Assembly (NCBI RefSeq): GCF_000181795.1
Contig: NW_003526944.1
Span: 5,238,913-5,302,912, forward strand
DNA: 64,000 nt
Source: Trichinella spiralis
Taxonomy: Eukaryota
Reading direction: 5' to 3'
Shown here: positions 54,012 to 64,000 of the stretch, piece by piece
Numbering within the stretch: position 1 is the stretch's first letter
How the letters are laid out: every line of letters starts with the position of its first letter
Position numbers and translations under genes: made by a program
The notes under the pieces: model-generated
Database searches by the model: none
What the model was told of the DNA's origin: nothing
What the model saw: the letters and a program-made list of their open reading frames with translations, nothing else

Positions 54012-57000
54012 GTAAGTGAATAAATTCTTCTGAATTCCATTTTGATTTATCTGGGTTCCTTTGGCGTAACCATTTTATCATCTCCGTATGAAACAAAGTA
54101 ATCAATTTTACTCACAGTTAAATACCATATTAAGCAAAGTGGCGACTTTCAGGAAAAGACAATCACGCAAATTCGATCGTCACGTTTAACATTGATTTTC
54201 ATTACACTGTTAAAACCTGTACATAGTAGCAATAAGCTAATTTCAGATTTATAATCACATTTTCATAAATTTCTGAATAATATAAAAATCAAACAAGGAT
54301 AAACGTATGTACATTTATACAACAAATTTATCATGTATTTATTAATAGGATGGTCATTTTTTTCCATTACTTAGCAGCTTTTAGGACATAAAACACTTTT
54401 CTCGTTTAAAACAATTTTCATTTTGTAATAGCAGATTCAATTTGGTAGATTCTATATTGATAAATGCTAACTGGTGGCAATATTGGATGACAGGTGCAAA
54501 TATTTTTCCACTATTATACTTTACACTGAAACATTTAACCAGTTTAACCGGCTAATTTATGACGTCCACTGCTATACATATAGAAGTGTATTATTCTTTA
54601 TCATTATTACTTTTTTCTCTTGACAAAGATGATCATAAATGATCAACTGCTTTGCTTTTACTGATATGCATGTGCATACGTGCATCGCTAATACGTTAAC
54701 ACTAAGAAGCGTTTTATTAATATATATATAACTAAAAAATGAAAAAGAGAACACTTTTATAAAATTACTAAAAATATTAAAATAATTGGGATGACATCTG
54801 TAGCGCTGTTCACTCAACTCAACGCGAAGTAGTTTAAAACAGCGGGGAAAATGGTCGACTGAGTTGAAAAAATATATAAACTTTTTTCAAACTTCTGCTG
54901 TGTTTACTTCAAACAAGCCTCTATTAGCATATAGCATGATAGCACAGCAAGAAAGTATGCACGAGTAAAATAACTGGACACACGATGGATATTAGCCAGT
55001 GAAGCTGATTTCTCGTTCATTCATCTTCCTATATAGTGCAATGACAGAGAAGAATTGTGATAAATTTGCGAAATGGAAACGCGTTCATCGATCGAGGTTC
55101 TTCATTTTGACTGACTGAAGCGGCAACTCTTGACCGCTTATCATTCTTCTCATCATCATTACATGCTTAACGTTTAGCTCATTTTCTCAACCAACTAATT
55201 AGTAAAAAATAATATGCAATGTATATTTATTTATTTATTTATTTATTTATTCGTTTTGTTTTTTAATTCTGCTATTCTTAAGCAAAACACTTAGCCCTTG
55301 TCGATCAATCAGAAACTTTGAAGTTAGCAAACAAGATTGCTGTCGGTAGTGAAAATAAAAATCAACAGACAGATGCAATGAAGAAGTGCCTCTAATTAGA
55401 ATCAATGCAGTTTGATACGTAAAGCTGAAGAACAACTAATTTTGTGGCAAATTCAAACAATTTTTCAGCTCATATGTCCCAAAGCCATACTTTAAAGAAA
55501 ATTTTTTTATTTTTTTCATTGAACAAATAAATAGTCGTGAAAATTCAAGAAAAAAAAACAGAAAGAGGAAAAATTTGGAATAAATTTTATTTGGTGTTAG
55601 CTCAGAGAGGGGAATTTAGCCCTGTGCCGACGCCCTTTGCAATAGTTGTCAACACGTCATCAACGAATTACGTAATGCGGAAACGAGAACTACGTTCCCA
55701 AAGGTTGTCGGTGCTTTTTGTCTTCATGCTCCGTTCTAGTGTCTCCAATGGGAGAATAGAAACGTCTCGTTATCAGCATTTTGATGAACGAGCGACAAAT
55801 GTACTGACTGCTTCAAAGTAGATTGCAAGACACTGCTTTTTGGTTTGCCAGCTTCAATGAGAGTTTGTTGATCAAATAACAAGGTTGAAGTTGGTAAAAG
55901 TGGATCGGTATAATTCTCAAAAGAACCAACTGAAAAATTCCAAGGTACACAAGTCATTCGCTAATTCAGCCAGTCTTTCAGTTGTTGATCGTATTATATT
56001 GATCGGCTGCATCAAGCCCACAACCGTTGCTTCTAATGAGCTCGTAAAAGCTTCCCTCGACGAAGGTGCCGATGGCTAATTACCGTGTCGTCAGCTTTGA
56101 CGACGATAGTCATTTTGAACTCTTTCCATTTTATCCAGGGCAGGTCGATTTTCCAATTGCAAACTAACGACAATAAACAGCCAATTTTACCAGAATAATT
56201 CATAAAAATAAAAAGAAAGAAAACAAATAGTAGGGATATATTTTCCAGTTGTTTGCATATTGGTCCTTTGGGAACTAAACTGTATCGTAAGATCACGATA
56301 ACATTAGAAATGATTTCCCAACCTATATCCTTCAATCTTTTATTTGTAATTTTCTATTCTATATTTAAATTCTAAATCTATCATTTTTCTGTGCACACAA
56401 TTAAAAAGGACTAACAAACAAAATAAACACGAAAAACACACATGTATAAATATCCATTGTATGTAAGGACGTTGGATTTTGTTATCCATTCGTTGAACAT
56501 AGAATGAACGTCAAATACTTTGCAAGCACAGCTGAAATTACAATCTCAGCCTTTACTATGCTGATGATATTAGCCTACGTCGAGGGAATCAATGCCAAAA
56601 TTCAACAGACAACACGAACGCTTGGCACAAATAAAATACGCTTGCTTCTCTCATTGCGTGTTCACTCTAATGGCACATGAAAATGCGTTTCAGTTGTCCC
56701 TTTAAGCAAAAAACGTTCACTTCTCCCCCTTCCCCTATCGCTCTCTCTCTCCTTATAAATAATATGCTTACATCATTTGAAAAGCAACTGTTTTTTTCTT
56801 AACTTATTGCTTTGATTTTTTTGCGCACCATAGAAATGTTTCACATTTTACAGTATAAATTATATACTGTAAAATATGATTATTATTAGTTTTAGTATTA
56901 TTGTTGTTATTATTCCCTTCTAGAATACAATTGAGGAAATAATTGTTTGTCAAGTGAGATGCTTTATTTGCGGTGTTGTCGGAAAACAAACTTTCAATTA

Positions 57001-60000
57001 AACCTCAAAGTATAATCCCTGTTGGATTGTCAAACAGTGTACACTGAATTTAATTAATTCTCTACAGTAGCATGCAGTATAGATCAGACTTTGTTGCTAT
57101 TAAAAAGAAGCTTGAAAAATAATTATCATTATTAAAAAAAATTACATATATCTATATGCATAATATGATTGAAATGTAAGAAATGGAGAGTAATTTCAAT
57201 AAGCGACTGTTCGATTTTGATGATATTTTGCTGATGCACCATTTTCAATTGTGCAACACTGATTGATTAGTCTGATTTAAGCCGCAAACTGCACTTCCGG
57301 ATTTGCATTCGCACAATTTATGTAATTGGCCAACAAGGTTCTAGATACAACGATAGAAAGAGCATCAGTGCAATTTCACAAAGCTCTCTGCTTTTCAATT
57401 CACCAACCATCACTTTTCGTTAGCTTTTCAATTCATCTACTTGCTGCAGATAATGGCTAAATATAATTTTCCGTGTAATTCACATCTCATTATTTGCGCT
57501 GGTTGCTTTTGTTCACAATGAAAAAGAAATTCACAAAGTCAAAACCACTCTGAATAATAAAAATCCAAAAACTATACCTATTGAATACCTTTTTGTAAAA
57601 CGGTTGCAATATGCAAATCCAACAGATATTGGAATTTTCTTCTTCCGTTACACTATAGATAATGTGAAAGTTCTGAAGTTGCTTTTTTGCAAGTGAAAAA
57701 CCAAAACATTTTATTAAAATGAAGTGAAATTTATCAAACGATTGTAAAGTACACACGAACATAAAATTTGAATGTCTGTTTTTTTCTGAACAATGCTGAT
57801 TGATATTTACCAAAGAAAAAGAATAATATTCTTATTCATTTATTATTATAAATATTATTGTGAAAAAGTACATTGCATTATGTATATATCGATGTGCATA
57901 CTTTGAAATGATAGATAACATCTGGAAATGTATTGAATATTCAAAATATTTTTCCAACCAACTAATAATATGTATATTCTGCAGTTGAAATAATTTTTCA
58001 TCTTATCAACTAAGTTAAGTAGCATAGTGATGAAGAATTGTTTAAGCGAGCTGATTCAATTCAATCAACTTCTCACCTGGAATTATTATTGAAACAAATG
58101 TTCATCAAGAAAACCAAAATTCAAAATTATATACTGAAATAAAGTGAATTTGTTTTTTTTTACAAATAGAAGAGTTGAAAGATAAAAAATATTATATCAT
58201 TTCAAGACAATAAAGCATAAAGGTAGATTGTAAAAGATTTCCCCTTGCTCTTATCTGATTTTAGAGTTTTTCTCAACTTCAGTGTCATCTTTATGCTTGG
58301 AAAACAAAGCGAAAGAGAGAGACAGAGAGAGCAGCAATTGTTTACCAGTAAATTAGCTATTTTTGACTGCGATTATGAGTAATTTAATCTTGCTTTGCTG
58401 GGTAGAGAGAACCAGCTAGCTAGCTGGCTAGCTGACGCTTCTAGAATCATCCTCAGAATCCAGAAATTAGCAAATGATAAAAATATCCAAACCAGCTTCC
58501 GTCAGTTAGACGCATTGTTGCTGTCAGCTCGACGGCAGAGTAATAATTTTTTTTTTTGCCCATGGATCGCAGTATTCAATCAATCACATTTGAAATCACT
58601 TTGCACAATATCTCGCAGACTCGCGTACAAAAAAAATTAAGAATAATCATCGTCAAGTTTTCGATGTAGCTAATTTTTGAAAGCAACTCATATTTTAACT
58701 TTTTTTTGAAAGATTGTTTCAAAATCAAGTGTTTTTTTTACTTTTAAGTTTTTTCTGCTAAAATAATGCCACCAAATTGATTAGATCAATTATGCTTTTA
58801 AATCGAGACTGATCACTTCAGATTTTACACATTTCAAAGCAGCAGTGTTTGAAAACTGTTTAATGATTTTCCCTTTTTGCAAATAAAATTTTAACTTTTC
58901 AAAACGAACATTTGTGATTGAATGAATGAATGAACAAAGTAAACAAAACTGATAAGACATATAAATGGATAAATTGACAGACAGATGAGTGGATGGATTT
59001 ATTCATATTTGTTGTGTTTTAATAAATATTTTATCTTATTTACTCTTTATACACTGAAGTTCAGTTCAGTACAGAGCTGTCAAGTGAAATTAGTCTGAAC
59101 CACCACCAACCGAAGAAAGCTTAGCAGAAGATTTGCAGATCGGTTGATAATCTTCTCTAAGTGTGTAGTGTATGTGTGTGTGTGTGTGACTCACGTTCAA
59201 CGTCAATCATTAAGTTTGCATTTTTATCACAACAAATTGGACGTTTTCTAGCAATGTCAAATAATATTTTCGCCAAAGTTAATTACTCTCAGCTGGCTTT
59301 GCTTTCTTCGAATCAATGAAAAATTAGCCATTTTTACTGTTTCACTCAAAAAACAACCTTTATAAAAAGGCAAAAACTCATTTTGAAATAAACATTAAAC
59401 TAAATTATTAAATTATAAATGTTGTTTTTCACTATTAATTTTTATTGTTTTCATTGTTTTCTGCTTCAAACACAAGTTATACTTTACATATGCTGTTTGT
59501 ATAATAAAATAAATTGGTATCTCATACCAGAACCAACACAAAAAGAACATAATAATAATTATGAATACAATCGTTTGAAAAAGGATCGATTTTTCCCTTA
59601 GGATGTTGCTTAGCAAAAAGCTGGGTTTTTTGCAAGCTGTCACGAAAGGTATGAGAAGAGAGAATTGAAACAAACAGACCACACACAGATAGCATTGAAT
59701 TTCAAGATAATTATCAAAAAATAGCATTGCTAATTACAATACTCTCATTTTTAGGTGCATAATTATTTTGAAAGCTTTTTGATAATAATTTTAATTTTAT
59801 GCCTGTGAAATAACTTCTCTTTTGCAGTGTACCAATTTTGAGAAACTAACAATCAGAAAAAATTATTTCTCAGTAATCGAAATTCTGCTAAATCCATTTT
59901 TTCTCTATTTTTAAACTATTTTAAAACTACATTAAAAGTTTTTTGATTAGATTAATTGTTCATCATTGGAATAAATTTGTTGACTTTCAGTACACTATCT

Positions 60001-62083
60001 GTCTGACAGCATTGTAAGGCAGCAACTGTCTTTGTAAAGTATACAAGAAAAGAAGGCACTATGAACATTGGTTTCATCATTGCAATTTCTGTTTAAATCA
60101 CTTCCGTCTTTCATTTTTCTTTATTTCCGTATTTCACAATTACATCCAACTATCAATCAAGCGAACATTCGCTATGGTTGCTTAAATTTGAAAAAAAAAT
60201 TCATCTCCATTCACACAGATAGATATAGACAGATATATGTGTTGGTCATTGTAAACTAGCTTCTTCTTCTTTTCATTACTTTTATTCAAGCTTTTTATTT
60301 TCTATTAGCAATGCTTTTAAAATAAAACTAGCTATATTCTCAAAAGAAGAACATTACGCTGGTAAGTCGTCAAAGATTTGCTAACAACGGCTAGAAATTT
60401 TCTTAAATTTCTTAATCAAAGAAATTTAAGAAGAATAAAAACCAAATGAGCACTTTCTCTATGCTGAATGAACACTATCACAGGAGAAGTAATTGAATTG
60501 TAAAATTTTTTCGCGTTGGTGAATATTACTTTAAAATAAAATTTTCACTTTCTCTATTTTTCAATCATTATTAATTTATAATTTGAAATTGAATTCCTGG
60601 AAATGAAATTGAATTAACAAATGAAATAAATTTAAATATACCCATCGCGCGTACGTGATAATCTGACGCTTCTCAGAAGAGTATTATTGTATTTGCATTA
60701 GCAATGGTTGTCTGCTTGTTTCGACACATTATTTTCGGGAAATTTTTTAATTTCAATTAATTTATTTTTTTCAAATTCAATTCAATTCAATTCAATTCAA
60801 TTTCGTTTCACTTGTAAATAATGAAAAATAAATTTTCGTATGAAATCAAATTTCAGCTATTAAACGAAAAATAAATTGCAATCATTCAAATTGTCAAAAT
60901 TAACCGATGTTGAAATAAATGTTTAAAAGTTAAAAAATGTGAAATCAAAAAAAAAATGAAAAATACATGTGATTCTTGAGATGCAAATAATAGAAGCACA
61001 TTTTTAAATTAGAAAAACGATTAAGATGGTTGTCCAACATTGATCAGCTGTTGTGTTGGATATTCTTAGAAATCACAAGTGCAAAGTTAAAATTGCAAAT
61101 AGTGAACACTTGTGTCAACAACCTTTTCGCGTCTAAATTGATCAAATATGACACCAGAGGAGTTTCATGATGATCATAAAAAAGTTCTCTGTTATCAAAG
61201 TGAAATAATAAAAAAAGAAAAGGTAGCTAACAATGACCAGACAAAAAACTGAGCATCTTCTCAACAGTAGCCACTACAATAATAATAGTATTATTTCAGT
61301 ATGATGCAATCGTTGATTTTTAAGTTTTCTTTTTTTCGAATTAAAATTGAAAAATTACACCAATCAATTGAAAACGGCCACTTGATAGTAAACGTTACTT
61401 ACTGTATCTTTAGAAATAATGCACACATGTGTTTTTTAAACTGAAATTTTGCGTTGTTGTTTTTTGTTCAAAATTTAAATTACTCTGCAAAAGAATTTGA
61501 CAAATTTTTTTTATCACATACATGTACTGAAACAACTGACGTGAAATATTTCATCGTAAAAAAACGCTTTTATTATGCATACTGAAGACAGCTCTTCTCC
61601 CTAGCTCTCTTGTCTCGATGATGTAACAATAAATAATAATAATCATAATGCTGGATGACGTTTTGACACTGAATAATGGCTGTTGAACATTTTTTGAAAT
61701 AAATCGTCATCAATTGCAACCATTGCTAATTTCTATTTTACAAAAATTACGTGACTTCAACCTAAAATACTGCTTGCATAACCATTTTGAAAATTAATCC
61801 CAAAAACATTCGATTGCCAATGCAAATCTTTTGTTTGTTCAATTCTCACATCGATTCATCATCTATTCGTATTACAGCTATAAATTTATAAAGTTTTCTG
61901 CAATACACAAATCGGTATGTTGCTACATATGTAAAAGTGTTTAACCATAATATTACATTTGAAAATTTCAATATTCACATATCTTATTTTTAAAATGAAA
62001 AATACATTTTCACTTAAAAAATTTAAATTATTTCCATTGTAAATAATTGCATATATAACTAAAAATGCCTTTTTTTTTTTCAG

Positions 62084-62113
62084 TTACGGTGACATGGCTG
62101 CCAGAGGACGATG
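62084..62113 (+). CDS. KCND/shal: Start of Kv4 coding exon 2 (G-YGDM..), truncated by assembly gap
   Basis: A strong T-rich CAG acceptor, then T TAC GGT GAC ATG completes the GYGDM selectivity filter in phase with exon 1. Confidence 0.88.
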
Positions 62114-62123
62114 NNNNNNNNNN
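62114..62123. other. Assembly gap (10 N)
   Basis: Run of N in the sequence. Confidence 1.
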
Positions 62124-64000
62124 TTCACCAACCATCACTTTTCGTTAGCTTTTCAATTCATCTACTTGCTGCAGATAATGGCTAAATATAATTTTCCGTG
62201 TAATTCACATCTCATTATTTGCGCTGGTTGCTTTTGTTCACAATGAAAAAGAAATTCACAAAGTCAAAACCACTCTGAATAATAAAAATCCAAAAACTAT
62301 ACCTATTGAATACCTTTTTGTAAAACGGTTGCAATATGCAAATCCAACAGATATTGGAATTTTCTTCTTCCGTTACACTATAGATAATGTGAAAGTTCTG
62401 AAGTTGCTTTTTTGCAAGTGAAAAACCAAAACATTTTATTAAAATGAAGTGAAATTTATCAAACGATTGTAAAGTACACACGAACATAAAATTTGAATGT
62501 CTGTTTTTTTCTGAACAGTGCTGATTGATATTTACCAAAGAAAAAGAATAATATTCTTATTCATTTATTATTATAAATATTATTGTGAAAAAGTACATTG
62601 CAATATATACATATATATGTCGACGTGCATACTTTGAAATGATAGATAACATCTGGAAATGTATTGAATATTCAAAATATTTTTCCAACCAACTAATAAT
62701 ATGTATATTCTGCAGTTGAAATAATTTTTCATCTTATCAACTAAGTTAAGTAGCATAGTGATGAAGAATTGTTTAAGCGAGCTGATTCAATTCAATCAAC
62801 TTCTCACCTGGAATTATTATTGAAACAAATGTTCATCAAGAAAACCAAAATTCAAAATTATATACTGAAATAAAGTGAATTTGTTTTTTTTACAAATAGA
62901 AGAGTTGAAAGATAAAAAAAATCATATCATTTCAAGACAATAAAGCATAAAGGTAGATTGTAAAAAATTTCCCCATGCTCTTATCTGATTTTAGAGTTTT
63001 TCTCAACTTCAGTGTCATCTTTATGCTTGGAAAACAAAGCGAAAGAGAGAGACAGAGAGAGCAGCAATTGTTTACCAGTAAATTAGCTATTTTTGACTGC
63101 GATTATGAGTAATTTAATCTTGCTTTGCTGGGTAGAGAGAACCAGCTAGCTAGCTGGCTAGCTGACGCTTCTAGAATCATCCTCAGAATCCAGAAATTAG
63201 CAAATGATAAAAATATCCAAACCAGCTTCCGTCAGTTAGACGCATTGTTGCTGTCAGCTCGACGGCAGAGTAATAATTTTTTTTTGCCCATGGATCGCAG
63301 TATTCAATCAATCACATTTGAAATCACTTTGCACAATATCTCGCAGACTCGCGTACAAAAAAAATTAAGAATAATCATCGTCAAGCTTTCGATGTAGCTA
63401 ATTTTTGAAAGCAACTCATATTTTAACTTTTTTTTGAAAGATTGTTTCAAAATCAAGTGTTTTTTTTACTTTTAAGTTTTTTCTGCTAAAATAATGCCAC
63501 CAAATTGATTAGATCAATTATGCTTTTAAATCAAGACTGATCACTTCAGATTTTACACATTTCAAAGCAGCAGTGTTTGAAAACTGTTTAATGATTTTCT
63601 CTTTTTGCAAATAAAATTTTAACTTTTCAAAACGAACATTTGTGATTGAATGAATGAATGAACAAAGTAAACAAAACTGATAAGACGTATAAATGGATAA
63701 ATAGACAGACAGATGAGTGGATGGATTTATTCATATTTGTTGTGTTTTAATAAATATTTTATCTTATTTACTCTTTATACACTGAAGTTCAGTTCAGTAC
63801 AGAGCTGTCAAGTGAAATTAGTCTGAACCACCACCAACCGAAGAAAGCTTAGCAGAAGATTTGCAGATCGGTTGATAATCTTCTCTAAGTGTGCAGTGTG
63901 TGTGTGTGTGACTCACGTTCAACGTCAATCATTAAGTTTGCATTTTTATCACAACAAATTGGACGTTTTCTAGCAATGTCAAATAATATTTTCGCCAAAG
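62124..64000 (+). repeat. Near-identical direct copy of 57399-59278 (Kv4 intron 1 sequence)
   Basis: Colinear over ~1.88 kb to the window end, with about a dozen substitutions and a few homopolymer/microsatellite indels by manual comparison. Confidence 0.97.

Noticed and set aside
57490..58640. ORFs of 107 and 81 aa present in both duplicate copies
   Set aside because: AT-rich low-complexity translations inside an intron; identity reflects the duplication, and one is frameshifted between copies.
62094..62113. Apparently aberrant Kv4 pore sequence GYGDMAARGR instead of GYGDMVP
   Set aside because: Removing two single bases from ATG G(C)TG CCA GAG (G)ACG ATG restores M-V-P-E-T-M. It lies at the contig end beside the gap, so sequencing error is far likelier than a novel pore.

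Overview
This is AT-rich eukaryotic genomic DNA with many short introns (GTAAGT donors, TTTCAG/TTTAG acceptors). The gene content, especially an intact DNMT3 in a nematode-like compact genome, suggests a clade I nematode such as Trichinella (inference). The first 41 kb is gene-dense: a stand-alone INO80 N-terminal protein, UBA3, mitochondrial TyrRS, REXO4, a CNBP-like zinc-knuckle protein, an 18-exon PWWP-ADD-MTase DNMT3, a decayed hAT (Buster/Charlie) transposon end, SLC35B4, a small heat-shock protein, SPRTN, ITPK1, an unannotated small tail-anchored protein and a novel PKC (delta/theta). About 11 kb of non-coding DNA follows, then a Shal/Kv4 channel whose second exon runs into an assembly gap, followed by a ~1.9 kb probably allelic duplicate. 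Most notable: the ATPase-less INO80 N-module; a DNMT3 with Pro at the R882-equivalent and other changes at key residues; two alternative 25-nt segments in ITPK1; and the hidden tail-anchored small protein. All homology calls come from recalled family motifs, not from database searches.
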